A stretch of DNA of 64,000 nucleotides, taken from the NCBI GenBank assembly GCA_039793445.1, contig JBAMLS010000001.1, positions 3,504-67,503 of the forward strand, given 5' to 3'. The notes under the pieces are model-generated. The model had not been told where the DNA came from. It worked only from the letters and a program-made list of their open reading frames with translations, and did not search any database. Positions 18,746-29,276 of the stretch are shown here, one piece after another. Every line of letters starts with the position of its first letter. Positions within the stretch are counted from its first letter, which is position 1. The stretch is from Minisyncoccales bacterium. GTDB lineage: Bacteria; Patescibacteriota; Minisyncoccia; Minisyncoccales; JBAMLS01. Position numbers and translations under genes: made by a program.

Positions 18746-20791
18746 ATGAATATTATTATTGTCGAAAGTCCTACAAAAGCTAAAACAATTGAAAAATTCC
18801 TAGAAAAAGATTTTAAAATAGTTGCTTCTTTTGGACATATAAGAGATCTCCCCAAAAGTGAGTTTGGAATAGATATAGAAAATAATTTCACTCCAAAATA
18901 TGTTATTCCCGTAAAATCACGAAAAAAAGTAAATTTTTTAAAAAAGGTAATAAAAGGTGCAAATTCTGTTATTTTAGCCACTGATCCAGATAGAGAGGGA
19001 GAAGCAATTTCTTGGCACTTAAAAGAAATTTTAAAATTAGAAAATTATAAAAGAATAGTTTTTCATGAAATTACTAAAAATGCAATTTTAGAAGCGCTTT
19101 CAAATCCAAGAGATATCGATTTAAATTTAGTGAATGCCCAACAAGCAAGAAGGATCTTAGATAGAATTGTTGGATACAAACTAAGTCCTTTTTTATGGAA
19201 AAAAATAGCAAGAAAATTATCGGCGGGAAGAGTTCAATCTGTGGCGGTAAGATTAGTAGTAGATAGAGAGAAAGAAATTCAAAATTTTATTCCCCAAGAA
19301 TATTGGCAAATCAAAGTTTTATTAGAAAAAACTAAAAATCAAAACCTTCAAGAAAAAAATAAAAAATTTGAAGCGATTTTAATTAAAAAAGATAATAAAA
19401 TTATCCCCAAATTAGGAATCAAAACAAAAGAAGAAGTTAAAAAAATTGTAAAAGATTTAGAAAAAGCAGAATATAAAATTATAAATATTCAAAAAAAAGA
19501 AATAAAAAGAAATCCCCTACCCCCTTTAATAACTAGTACCTTACAACAAGAAGCATGGCAAAAATTTCACTTTCCAGCAAAATATACAATGAGATTAGCT
19601 CAAAATTTATATGAAAAAGGTTATATTACTTATCATAGAACAGATTCTTTAAATTTATCTTTATTTGCTTTGAATTCGGCAAAAAATTTTATTATCAAAA
19701 ATTATGGTAATAACTATTATCAATTCAGACAATTTAAAACAAAATCTAAAGTAGCCCAGGAAGCCCATGAAGCCATTAGACCAACTTTTTTAGAAAACAC
19801 TCCAAAAGAATTATCAAAAAAAATAGAAAAAAACGAATTAAAACTTTATGAATTAATTTGGAAAAGATTTATTGCTTCTCAAATGAGTCAAAGTATTTTT
19901 GATTTTACAAAAGTAGAAATAGCAACCCAAAATAAAAAATATATCTTTCAAGCTACAGGATCTATTTTGAAATTTGACGGTTTTTTAAAAATGTATCCCA
20001 TAAAATACCAAGAAATAGAATTACCATTTTTAGAAATTAATGAAATGTTAAAATTAATCAAAGTTTTGCCCTCTCAACACTTTACTCAACCTCCAACAAG
20101 ATATACGGAAGCCACATTAATAAAAGAATTGGAAAAAAATGGGATTGGAAGACCATCGACTTATGCTCCCATTTTATCGATTATTCAAGAAAGAAATTAT
20201 GTAGAGAAAGATAAAGAAAAAAAATTAAGACCAACAGAAATAGGAATTTTAGTAAATGATTTATTGGTTGAACACTTTCTTGAGATTGTTGATTTAAAAT
20301 TTACAGCCAAAATGGAAGAAAAATTAGACGAAATTGCCAAAGGAAAAGAAAAATGGCAAGAAGTAATAAAAAGCTTTTATATTCCCTTTGAAGAAAATTT
20401 ACAAAAAAAATACTTAACTGTAAAAAAGATAGATTCTAAATCAACTGATAAAAAATGTCCAAAGTGCGGAGCGCCTTTAGTAATAAGAATAAGTAAATAC
20501 GGGCAATTTTACGCTTGCTCTAATTTTCCTAAATGTAAATATACAGAACCATTAGAAAAAGAAGGGTTAAAAATTAAATGCCCAAAATGTAAAATTGGAG
20601 AAATCGTAGAAAAAAGAACAAAATCTAAAAAAATATTTTATGGCTGTTCTAATTGGCCAAATTGTGATTTTGCTTTATGGGAAAAACCAACTGGAGAAAC
20701 TTGTCCTAAATGTGGTTCTCTTTTAGTTAAAAAGGGTAAAAACAAAATTCAATGTTCAAACCAAAATTGTGATTTTATAAAAAAAGTTTAA
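18746..20791 (+). CDS. topA: DNA topoisomerase I
   Basis: IVESPTKAKTI, ATDPDREGE, SAGRVQS, ITYHRTDS (catalytic Tyr), three C-terminal zinc ribbons. Confidence 0.97.
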   Translation: MNIIIVESPTKAKTIEKFLEKDFKIVASFGHIRDLPKSEFGIDIENNFTPKYVIPVKSRKKVNFLKKVIKGANSVILATDPDREGEAISWHLKEILKLENYKRIVFHEITKNAILEALSNPRDIDLNLVNAQQARRILDRIVGYKLSPFLWKKIARKLSAGRVQSVAVRLVVDREKEIQNFIPQEYWQIKVLLEKTKNQNLQEKNKKFEAILIKKDNKIIPKLGIKTKEEVKKIVKDLEKAEYKIINIQKKEIKRNPLPPLITSTLQQEAWQKFHFPAKYTMRLAQNLYEKGYITYHRTDSLNLSLFALNSAKNFIIKNYGNNYYQFRQFKTKSKVAQEAHEAIRPTFLENTPKELSKKIEKNELKLYELIWKRFIASQMSQSIFDFTKVEIATQNKKYIFQATGSILKFDGFLKMYPIKYQEIELPFLEINEMLKLIKVLPSQHFTQPPTRYTEATLIKELEKNGIGRPSTYAPILSIIQERNYVEKDKEKKLRPTEIGILVNDLLVEHFLEIVDLKFTAKMEEKLDEIAKGKEKWQEVIKSFYIPFEENLQKKYLTVKKIDSKSTDKKCPKCGAPLVIRISKYGQFYACSNFPKCKYTEPLEKEGLKIKCPKCKIGEIVEKRTKSKKIFYGCSNWPNCDFALWEKPTGETCPKCGSLLVKKGKNKIQCSNQNCDFIKKV

Positions 20792-20801
20792 ATATCATAA
20801 C

Positions 20802-22466
20802 ATGGAAATAAAAAATTTTTATAAAAATCACAATGAAAGAGTAAAAGACATAATAAAAAAAATAGGAGGAGACTTAATAACCCAAAAGGCGGCTTTTTTA
20901 CATAATCTTTCAAAGGAAAAAATAAAAGAATTATCAAAGCAAAAAGAAAATAGTGAATTAGTGAAAATTATAAAAAAATTTAGAAAACTACAAGGACTTT
21001 TATCTTCTGCTCAAATTAAAGAAAGAAAATATATTGAAGATTGGCAAAAAATTTTTTTTGATTTTAAAAGTGAAAATTTAAGAAAATTATTTTTTGCTAT
21101 TACAAAAGATATAAGACCAATTTTAATTTTAATTGCAGATCATATTGATAAAGTAAGGCATTTAGACAAATTTAAAGACAATATTAAAAAATCTCTTTGT
21201 TTAAAAAGTTTAGAAGTGTTTTCTCCTCTTTGTTATAGTTTAAGTATGGGAGATATAAAAGCCGAAATTGAAGATATTGCTTTTAAATATCTTTATAGTA
21301 AAGAATATTCTTGGTTATTAGAAAATATAAAACAAAAAAGAAATGAAAGAGAAATTTATCTTAAAAGAATTATTCCTAAAATAAGGGAAATTTTAAAATC
21401 GAACAATATTGAAGTAATTGATATTCATGCTAGAGCAAAACATTATTTTTCTCTTTATTTAAAATTATTAAAATATAATTTTGAAATTGAAAAAATTTAT
21501 GACCTAATAGCTTTAAGAATTATAGTAAAAGATATAAAAGATTGTTATATTGTTTTGGGAATATTACATCAGCATTTTAAACCATTGGAAGATAGAATAA
21601 AAGATTATATTGCTAATCCTAAAATTAATGGTTATAGAGCTCTCCATACCACTATAATTTGTTTCGAAAACCAAATCGTAGAAATTCAAATCAAAACCTT
21701 AAAAATGCACGAAGAAGCTGAATTTGGAATAGCAAGCCATTTATCATATAAACTTTCTGGCGATGAAAAAACATTAAAAGAAGATATTTATTGGTACGAA
21801 AAACTCAGACAATGGGAAAAAGAATTAGCAAAATCTAAAAATATTTCTCAAGTATTAGATTTTGATTTTTTTAAAAATAGAATTTTTGTTTTAACACCAA
21901 AAGGCGATATAATAAATTTACCAAAAGATTCCACTCCCATTGATTTTGCTTTTGCAATTCATAGTTTTTTAGGAATACATTGTAAAGGAGCAAAAGTTAA
22001 TGGAAAATTGGTTCCTCTAAATGAAAAATTAAAAACAGGACAAGTTGTAGAAATTATAACGCAAAAAGATAAAACGCCTTCTTTGGATTGGTTAAAATTT
22101 GTTAAAACAAAAAGAGCAAAAAATATTATTAGAAAATTTTTCCCAAATCTTACAAAAAAGGAAGCAACAATTATTCAAGAAAGCTTAATTATTAAAAAAG
22201 GGGTAGCTATTTTAAAATCAAAATTTTTAAAAAAATTTGGGCCCAAAAAAATATCAAGGATAAAAGTTGGAGAACAAACAGATATTTCAATTAAAATTGC
22301 AAAATGTTGTAATCCAAAAGAAGGTGATGAAATTTTAGGTATCATTATTCCTTCAAAAGAAATTGTAATTCACAAAAAAGATTGTAAGAATTTATTAGAA
22401 ATTTCTAAAAAGTCGCCAGAAAGAATAATTAAAGCAGAATGGATTAAAAACTCTTTTCAAAATTAA
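20802..22466 (+). CDS. rel: RelA/SpoT family (p)ppGpp synthetase with degenerate hydrolase domain, TGS and zinc-finger domains
   Basis: RAKH..S, DLIALRI, DYIANPKINGYRALHT, EIQIKT, TGS (TPIDFAFAIHS), AKCCNP...HKKDC. Confidence 0.88.
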   Translation: MEIKNFYKNHNERVKDIIKKIGGDLITQKAAFLHNLSKEKIKELSKQKENSELVKIIKKFRKLQGLLSSAQIKERKYIEDWQKIFFDFKSENLRKLFFAITKDIRPILILIADHIDKVRHLDKFKDNIKKSLCLKSLEVFSPLCYSLSMGDIKAEIEDIAFKYLYSKEYSWLLENIKQKRNEREIYLKRIIPKIREILKSNNIEVIDIHARAKHYFSLYLKLLKYNFEIEKIYDLIALRIIVKDIKDCYIVLGILHQHFKPLEDRIKDYIANPKINGYRALHTTIICFENQIVEIQIKTLKMHEEAEFGIASHLSYKLSGDEKTLKEDIYWYEKLRQWEKELAKSKNISQVLDFDFFKNRIFVLTPKGDIINLPKDSTPIDFAFAIHSFLGIHCKGAKVNGKLVPLNEKLKTGQVVEIITQKDKTPSLDWLKFVKTKRAKNIIRKFFPNLTKKEATIIQESLIIKKGVAILKSKFLKKFGPKKISRIKVGEQTDISIKIAKCCNPKEGDEILGIIIPSKEIVIHKKDCKNLLEISKKSPERIIKAEWIKNSFQN

Positions 22467-22504
22467 AAATATTATTAAAATATATTTATATTTGAAATAT
22501 TTTT

Positions 22505-22588
22505 GCCGGAGTGGCGGAACTGCTAGACGCGCACGACTCAAAATCGTGTGGGAGAAATCCCATGAGGGTTGGATTCCCTCCTCCGGCA
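22505..22588 (+). tRNA. tRNA-Leu (anticodon CAA), CCA not encoded
   Basis: Acceptor GCCGGAG/CTCCGGC+A; anticodon arm CACGA-CTCAAAA-TCGTG; long variable arm TGGGA-GAAA-TCCCA; T arm GAGGG-TTGGATT-CCCTC. Confidence 0.93.
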
Positions 22589-22629
22589 CTTTTTAGATAA
22601 AAAGGTTTAAAAAAATTTTTTAAAAAAAT

Positions 22630-23001
22630 ATGGAAAAAATTTTTATTTCTAATCCCACAGGAAATGAAATTACTTGTATAATGTATGGAGTTGATATTAA
22701 CATTCTTGAAAACAAAAAATTAATAAAAAAATCCCTTCTTGAGGGATTAAAAAAGGACCACTTTAATGTTCTAAAAACTTGTGAACATAAATTTTCTCCT
22801 CATGGTTATACTCTTTGCATATTATTGGGTGAATCCCATGCAGCTTTACATACTTATCCAGAATATAATAGTTTAGTTTTTAACCTCTATAGTTGTAGAA
22901 AAGAAGGAGATGGAAAAATTACACTCTCTCATTTATTAAATTTTTTTAAACCAAAAAGAAAAAAGATTTTACAAAGAAAGATTAAAGTAAAAGAAAACTA
23001 A
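22630..23001 (+). CDS. speD: S-adenosylmethionine decarboxylase proenzyme family (pyruvoyl-dependent)
   Basis: HKFSPHG, LLGESHAALHTYPE (E|S self-cleavage), LYSC. Confidence 0.82.
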   Translation: MEKIFISNPTGNEITCIMYGVDINILENKKLIKKSLLEGLKKDHFNVLKTCEHKFSPHGYTLCILLGESHAALHTYPEYNSLVFNLYSCRKEGDGKITLSHLLNFFKPKRKKILQRKIKVKEN

Positions 23002-23747
23002 ATTATTTTTATTTTTTTCTTTTTTAAAAATTTTGCCACCTTAAGAATATCTCCAGGATTTCCAAAATCTATCCAATAATCTTGTATTTGGATAACCTTA
23101 ACTTTATTCTCTTTTGCTAGCAAATTAATCGCATCAGTTAATTCATATTCCCCTCTTTTAGATTTTTTAATTTTAAAAACTTTATCAAAAATTTCTGGGG
23201 TAAATTTATAGAGCCCGCAATTTATTAAGTTACTAATAAATTTTTCTGGCTTCTCAACAATTTCTTTTAAAAATTCTCCTTCTGTACGCAATACTCCATA
23301 TTTTTCGGGATGCTCACTAAAAATACCAGTAACAAAATTGAATTTATCAATACTGCCTATTTTTTTTAAATCTTTCGGCGAATAAAGATTATCGCCATAT
23401 AAAACAACAAAATCTTCTTTAATAATATCTTTTAAACACATTATTGGACAAGCGGTACCATAAATTTTTTCTTTTGGACCCAAAATTTCATATTGATTTA
23501 CCAAATTTATTTTAATATTATTTATTTTTTTTTCTTTTTTAAATTGAGAGAAAAAATCTTCAAAAAGGTCAGCCCGGTATCCTACTACAAAATAAAAATC
23601 TTTATAACCTGCAAAAATTAAATTTGATAATAAGTAATATAAAAATGGTTTTTTATTCACATTTATTAAATGTTTTGATTTATTTTTTGTAAGTTTTAAC
23701 ATTCTTGTGCCCTGGCCGGCGGCAGCAACAACTACTTTTTTTATCAT
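22998..23747 (-). CDS. Sugar-1-phosphate nucleotidyltransferase (NTP_transferase family)
   Basis: AAAGQGTRM..LT...K, YGDNL, IVEKP, SKRGEYELTDA, WIDFG. Confidence 0.88.
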   Translation of the reverse strand: MIKKVVVAAAGQGTRMLKLTKNKSKHLINVNKKPFLYYLLSNLIFAGYKDFYFVVGYRADLFEDFFSQFKKEKKINNIKINLVNQYEILGPKEKIYGTACPIMCLKDIIKEDFVVLYGDNLYSPKDLKKIGSIDKFNFVTGIFSEHPEKYGVLRTEGEFLKEIVEKPEKFISNLINCGLYKFTPEIFDKVFKIKKSKRGEYELTDAINLLAKENKVKVIQIQDYWIDFGNPGDILKVAKFLKKKKIKII

Positions 23748-23775
23748 AAATTTGTTTATTTTTTAAAACCTTTTT

Positions 23776-24402
23776 TTAAATTTTAATTGCCCCCTTTCTT
23801 TTTATTTCTATTTTAGGGGGATATTCTGAAATATCTAAAACAGTGGAAGGTAAAGATTTTTTTAATTTTCCAAAATCTAATATTAAATTTGGTTTATATT
23901 TTTTATTTTTAAACTCTTTTATTACTTCTTTTATGTCTAATAAATCTTTATTACCCGAGATATTTGCCGATGTTGAGGTTAAGGGAAATTTTAATCTTGA
24001 AAGTAATTTGTTTAAAAAAATAAAATTAGGAATTCTAAAACCAACTTTTCCATCTTTAGTAATAACGCCATCAGGAAAATACTTTTTTTTATTTTCTTTT
24101 ACTTTAACAATGAAAGTTACTTTTCCTGGTAGGTATTTTTTAATTAATTTTTTTTGATCTTTATTTAAAATAAAAAAATCTTCTGCTGTTTTAAAATTTT
24201 TAATAAATATCGGCAACACTTTATTTGTAGGTCTTTTTTTTATTTTAAAAATTAAATTAACACATTTCTTATCAAAAGCGTTTGAAATTAAACCATAAAC
24301 AGTATCTGTAGGATAAACAATTATCTTTCTTTTATTTAATTTTTCTTCTATATCTTTTAAAATTTCTTTAAGGTTTTGTTTATTTATTTTAATTAAATCC
24401 AT
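23776..24402 (-). CDS. tsaC: L-threonylcarbamoyladenylate synthase (TsaC/YrdC)
   Basis: YPTDTVYGL, IKKR, TSTSANISG, PSTVLD. Confidence 0.93.
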   Translation of the reverse strand: MDLIKINKQNLKEILKDIEEKLNKRKIIVYPTDTVYGLISNAFDKKCVNLIFKIKKRPTNKVLPIFIKNFKTAEDFFILNKDQKKLIKKYLPGKVTFIVKVKENKKKYFPDGVITKDGKVGFRIPNFIFLNKLLSRLKFPLTSTSANISGNKDLLDIKEVIKEFKNKKYKPNLILDFGKLKKSLPSTVLDISEYPPKIEIKRKGAIKI

Positions 24403-24491
24403 ATTCTCGTTTTTATTTTAAAAAAAGAGCAAAAAAATTTTTATATATATTTTTCAGATCTATTAATAGTTTTCAATTTAAAACTTTACCT

Positions 24492-26975
24492 TTAAAAAAC
24501 TATATTAATTAGTTTATTTTTAATAAATATTATTTTCTTTATTTTTTTATTTGATATCCAATTTTTAACTTTTTCTCTTTGTAAAACAATATTTTGAATT
24601 TCTTTTTCTTCTAAATCGCTATCTATTAAAACCCTATCCCTTAATTTCCCATTAATTTGAATTAAAAGTAAAAATTTTTCTTTTTCTTCTTTAATAAAAC
24701 TTTCATTAAATTGAGGCCATTTTGATTTAAAAATAGATTCTTTATTCCCTAAAATATGCCACAATTCTTCACATAAATGAGGAGCAAAAGGAGATAAAAG
24801 TTGCAAAAATAATTCAAAAATTCCTTTATCAATCACCTCACCTTTTTCAAGTTCATTAAAAAATATCATTATTTGAGAGATAGCAGTATTAAACTTAAAA
24901 TTTTCTATATCTTCTGTTACTTTTTTTATCGTTTTATGTAATATTGATAAAATATTCTTTTCTTCTTTTTTTTCTTTTAATTTTTTTATTTTATTTTTAA
25001 TTTTCCATATTCTTTCTAAAAATCTTTTCATACCTATTACTCCTTTTTCCTGCCACGCTATTTCTTGAGAAAATGGCCCCATAAACATTTCATATAATCT
25101 TAAAGCATCTGCGCCATATTTTTCACATATTTCTTCTGGGGTTATTATATTTCCATATCTTTTTGACATTTTCCTTGAATCTGGACCTAAAATTAATCCT
25201 ACATGTCTTAATTTTAAAAATGGTTCTTTTGTAGAAACAATCCCTAAATCGTAAAGAAATTTATGCCAAAATCTAGCATAAATTAAATGACGAGTAGCGT
25301 GTTCTGCGCCACCAACATAAAGATCTACGGGTAACCAATATTTTTCTTTTTCTTTTGAAATTAATTCTTTTTTATTTTTAGGATCTGCATATCTTAAATA
25401 ATACCAACAAGAACCAGCCCATTGGGGCATTGTGTTTGTTTCCCTAAAAGCAATTCCCCCACATTTTGGACATCTAGTGATAACCCAATTTTTAATATTA
25501 GCTAAGGGTCCTTCACCTGTACCAGTAGGCTCATAATATTTTACTTTTGGAAGTTTTACGGGTAAATTCTTTTCAGCTACGCAAATCCAACCTGGATTTA
25601 ATAATTCACCTTTGTTAAATTCGCCTTCTTTATATTTTTTTTCTAAAATTCTTTTTTTACAATTCTCACAAAATAAAAGCGGAAATGGTTCCCCCCAATA
25701 TCTTTGTCTAGCAAAAACCCAATCTTTTATTTTGTAATAATAAGTTTTTTTAGCTATACCCATTTCTTCTAATACTTTTACAATTTTTTCTCTTGCAACT
25801 TTAGTTTCCAAACCTGTAAACTCTCCTGAATTTATTAAAATACCCTCTCCCTCAAAATATTCTTCATTACTATTTTCACTTAAAATAACTTTTTTAATAG
25901 GTAAATTAAATTTTTGAGCAAATTCAAAATCTCTTTTATCATGAGCTGGCACTGCCATAATTGCGCCAGTGCCATAATCTTTTAAAACATATTCTGAAAC
26001 AAAAACAGGTATTTTTCCTTTAGTTAATGGATTTTCGGCCAAAATCCCCTCAACTTTTATTCCTGTTTTTTCTTTAGTTCTTTCTACATCTGATTTAGAT
26101 AATACCTCTTTTTGGTATTTTTTGATTTGATCAAAATTTCTTATTTCATTTTTTAATTTTTCTAAAATTTCATGCTCTGGGGCCAAAACCACATAAGTCA
26201 TTCCCAAAATAGTATCTATTCTAGTGGTAAATACTTTTATTTTTTTATTTGTTTCTTTATTATCTAAAAAGATTTTCATTTGGAATTCAACACCTTCAGA
26301 TTTGCCTATCCAATCTTTTTGCATTTTAATAATAGGTTCTTCCCAATCTAACATTTCTAAATCTTCTAAAAGTCTATCAGCATATTTTGTAATTTTTATT
26401 TTCCATTGTCTCAAAGGTTTTTTTTCTACTTTAGAACCGCATCTTTCACATCTTCCTTCTTCTAAATCTTCATTTGCCAAACCAGTTTTACAATATGGAC
26501 ACCAATTAATTGGTTCAAAAGACTCTTCTACCAAACCTGCTTTAAATAGTTGTAAAAAAATCCATTGAGTCCATATATAATAATTTGGATCTGTTGTATT
26601 AATCTCCCTATCCCAATCATAAGTAGGACCTATTAGTTTTAATTCTTCTTTATATCTCTTTATATTTTGTTTTACCGCTAGTTCTGGATGAATTTTATTT
26701 TTAATAGCAAAGTTTTCAGCAGGTAAACCAAAAGCATCCCAACCCATCGGATGTAAAACATTAAAACCCTGCATCATCTTCATTCTGGCAATAATATCTG
26801 TAGCAGTATAACCTTTTAAATGACCTACATGTAAACCACTTCCAGAGGGATAGGGAAACATGTCTAAAACATAAAATTTAGGTTTCTTTTTATTATCAAG
26901 AGTTTTAAAGATTTTTTCTTTTTCCCAAAATTTTTGCCATTTCTTTTCTATTTTTTTAAAATTATATTCTTCCAT
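24492..26975 (-). CDS. leuS: Leucine--tRNA ligase
   Basis: MFPYPSG.GLHVGH, FTTR editing domain, GTGAIMAVPAHD, KMSKR, C-terminal QINGKLR. Confidence 0.97.
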   Translation of the reverse strand: MEEYNFKKIEKKWQKFWEKEKIFKTLDNKKKPKFYVLDMFPYPSGSGLHVGHLKGYTATDIIARMKMMQGFNVLHPMGWDAFGLPAENFAIKNKIHPELAVKQNIKRYKEELKLIGPTYDWDREINTTDPNYYIWTQWIFLQLFKAGLVEESFEPINWCPYCKTGLANEDLEEGRCERCGSKVEKKPLRQWKIKITKYADRLLEDLEMLDWEEPIIKMQKDWIGKSEGVEFQMKIFLDNKETNKKIKVFTTRIDTILGMTYVVLAPEHEILEKLKNEIRNFDQIKKYQKEVLSKSDVERTKEKTGIKVEGILAENPLTKGKIPVFVSEYVLKDYGTGAIMAVPAHDKRDFEFAQKFNLPIKKVILSENSNEEYFEGEGILINSGEFTGLETKVAREKIVKVLEEMGIAKKTYYYKIKDWVFARQRYWGEPFPLLFCENCKKRILEKKYKEGEFNKGELLNPGWICVAEKNLPVKLPKVKYYEPTGTGEGPLANIKNWVITRCPKCGGIAFRETNTMPQWAGSCWYYLRYADPKNKKELISKEKEKYWLPVDLYVGGAEHATRHLIYARFWHKFLYDLGIVSTKEPFLKLRHVGLILGPDSRKMSKRYGNIITPEEICEKYGADALRLYEMFMGPFSQEIAWQEKGVIGMKRFLERIWKIKNKIKKLKEKKEEKNILSILHKTIKKVTEDIENFKFNTAISQIMIFFNELEKGEVIDKGIFELFLQLLSPFAPHLCEELWHILGNKESIFKSKWPQFNESFIKEEKEKFLLLIQINGKLRDRVLIDSDLEEKEIQNIVLQREKVKNWISNKKIKKIIFIKNKLINIVF

Positions 26976-26999
26976 AGATTTAAAAATTAAACTTTTAAA

Positions 27000-27836
27000 T
27001 TATAAAGAAAATAATTCTTTTGCATTTTGGGTAGTAATATTAGATATTTGCTCAAAACTTATATTTTTTATTTTTGCTATTTCTTTTGCTATCAAAGGCA
27101 AACCTAAAGGATTATTAATTTTTTCATCAAAACCAAGTGGAGTAAAATATGGGCAATCTGTTTCTAATAAAATTTTATTTAAAGGTGTATTTAAAATTAT
27201 TTCTTTAAAATCAATTCCCTCTATGTTTTTAAAAATAATACCGTTAAAACCAATAAAAAAATCAAGCTTTAAATATTCTTCAAGGTCTTTTAAGGTCCCC
27301 ACAAAACAATGAATAACACCTCTAATTTTATTTTTATAATTTTTTAAAATCGTTAACATTTCTTTATTAGCTAAACGACAATGTAAAATTATCGGCAAAT
27401 TTAATTCTCTTGCTAACTCTAATTGTAAAATAAAATTTTCTTTTTGCTTTTCTTCTAAAATTTCTTTTTTTTCTTTACTTTTTGGCGTCCAATAAAAATC
27501 AAATCCTATTTCACCTATTGCAACTACTTTTTTATCTTTAGCTAAATTTTTATATTTTTCGTAATTAAAATTTTCTTCTTTTGTCTTAATTTCAATTTCT
27601 TGGGTATCATCTTTAATTTTTACTAAACCAGTTTCTAAATGTATGGGATGCAATCCAACAGCGGCATAAACTCCTTCTTTATACATTTTTGCAATTTCCA
27701 ACGCTTTTTCTGACGTTTCATATTTTGTTCCAACATTTATAATTTGAATATTTTGCAAAAAACATTCTTTAATAATTTTATTAAAGGTTTCTTTAAAAAC
27801 ACTAAAATTTAAATGGCTATGAGTATCTATTAACAT
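27000..27836 (-). CDS. tatD: TatD family deoxyribonuclease
   Basis: LIDTHSH, GLHP, IGEIG, LHCR, IHCF, LETDCPY. Second ATG (27836) preferred. Confidence 0.93.
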   Translation of the reverse strand: MLIDTHSHLNFSVFKETFNKIIKECFLQNIQIINVGTKYETSEKALEIAKMYKEGVYAAVGLHPIHLETGLVKIKDDTQEIEIKTKEENFNYEKYKNLAKDKKVVAIGEIGFDFYWTPKSKEKKEILEEKQKENFILQLELARELNLPIILHCRLANKEMLTILKNYKNKIRGVIHCFVGTLKDLEEYLKLDFFIGFNGIIFKNIEGIDFKEIILNTPLNKILLETDCPYFTPLGFDEKINNPLGLPLIAKEIAKIKNISFEQISNITTQNAKELFSL

Positions 27837-27841
27837 AAATA

Positions 27842-29275
27842 TCAACTTATTTTCTTTACTTTTGACCCTTCTACAGTATCTTCCAGTTTATATCCTAAAT
27901 TTTCAATTTCTTTTCTAATTTTATCTGCTAACTCCCATGCTCTTTTTTTACGCAAAATTTCTCTCTTTTTTATCAAATCTAAAATATTTTTAGGTATTTT
28001 TTCTTTTTCTAATTTATTTAATCTTAAACCAAAAACTCTATCAAAATCTAATAAAAGAATTTCTTTTTGTTTTAATTTTAGATTATTATCTTTTATAATT
28101 TGCCACATCAAAGCCAAGGCTTCTGGAGTGTTTAAGTCGTTATTTATAGAAACTAAAAATTTCTCTTTAAAATAATTTATCTCTTTTTTTTCTTCTCGTG
28201 ATAATTTTTCTTTTATTTTATTTTCTCTTAAATCTAAAATAAAATTTCTAATATTATTTAAAGCGTTTTGGCTTGCTTTTAAAGACTCAAAAGTAAAATC
28301 CATTTTACTTCTATAATGAGAAGTTAAAGATAAATATCTAAAAGCAAGGGGATCAAAACCTTTTTCAATTAAATTTGAAAGAGTAAAAATATTTCCTTCT
28401 GACTTTGCCATTTTTTTTCCTCCGACAGCTAAAAACTCACAATGTAACCAAAAATTTGCTAAAATTTTTCCAAAAGCAGCTTCTGCTTGAGCAATTTCAT
28501 TTGTATGATGAATTAAAATATGATCTATTCCTCCACAATGAATATCAAAAGGTATTCCTAAAAATTTTTTTGACATTACCACACATTCTGTATGCCAACC
28601 AGGAAAACCTTTTGTTTTTTTATTAGTACTTGGTCTTTTCCAAGGACAATTCCACTCCATTTGTCTTTTTACTCCAATAGGACTAAATTTCCAAAGAGCA
28701 AAATCTGTAGGATTTTTTTTACCAGGTACCATTTCTACTCTTTTTCCTGGTAAAATTTTCATTTTTTTAGGCCATAATCTTCCATAAGTTTTTAATTTTG
28801 AAGTATCAAAATATACACCATCTTCTATAATATAAGTAAATCCTTTTTTTTCTAATAATTTTATAAATCCTATTTGTTCTTTTATGGTTTGAGTTGCTCT
28901 TACAAAAATATCTGGTTTTATTATATTTAGTAATTTTAAATCTTTTTTAAATTCTTTTTCATAAAATCTGGCGATTTCAAAAGCGCTTTTTTGTTCTTTT
29001 TTTGCCGCCCTTTCTATTTTGTCTTCTCCTGTATCGGCATCAGAAATTAAATGTCCAACATCGGTAATATTCATTACGTGTTTTACCTTAAAACCATTAT
29101 AAAGTAATACTCTTTTTAAAATATCTTCAAAAATATATGTTCTTAAATTACCAATATGGGCATACCAATAAACAGTAGGACCACAAGTATACATGCTTAC
29201 TAAATTCTTATTTAAAGATTTAAAAATTTCTTTTTTTCTTGTAAGGTTATTAAAAAATAAAATTTTATTTTTCAT
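27842..29275 (-). CDS. cysS: Cysteine--tRNA ligase
   Basis: [39 protein letters not shown]. Confidence 0.97.
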   Translation of the reverse strand: MKNKILFFNNLTRKKEIFKSLNKNLVSMYTCGPTVYWYAHIGNLRTYIFEDILKRVLLYNGFKVKHVMNITDVGHLISDADTGEDKIERAAKKEQKSAFEIARFYEKEFKKDLKLLNIIKPDIFVRATQTIKEQIGFIKLLEKKGFTYIIEDGVYFDTSKLKTYGRLWPKKMKILPGKRVEMVPGKKNPTDFALWKFSPIGVKRQMEWNCPWKRPSTNKKTKGFPGWHTECVVMSKKFLGIPFDIHCGGIDHILIHHTNEIAQAEAAFGKILANFWLHCEFLAVGGKKMAKSEGNIFTLSNLIEKGFDPLAFRYLSLTSHYRSKMDFTFESLKASQNALNNIRNFILDLRENKIKEKLSREEKKEINYFKEKFLVSINNDLNTPEALALMWQIIKDNNLKLKQKEILLLDFDRVFGLRLNKLEKEKIPKNILDLIKKREILRKKRAWELADKIRKEIENLGYKLEDTVEGSKVKKIS

Positions 29276-29276
29276 A

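Noticed and set aside
22395-22589. 64-aa minus-strand ORF
   Set aside because: Antisense to tRNA-Leu and the end of rel; shadow ORF.
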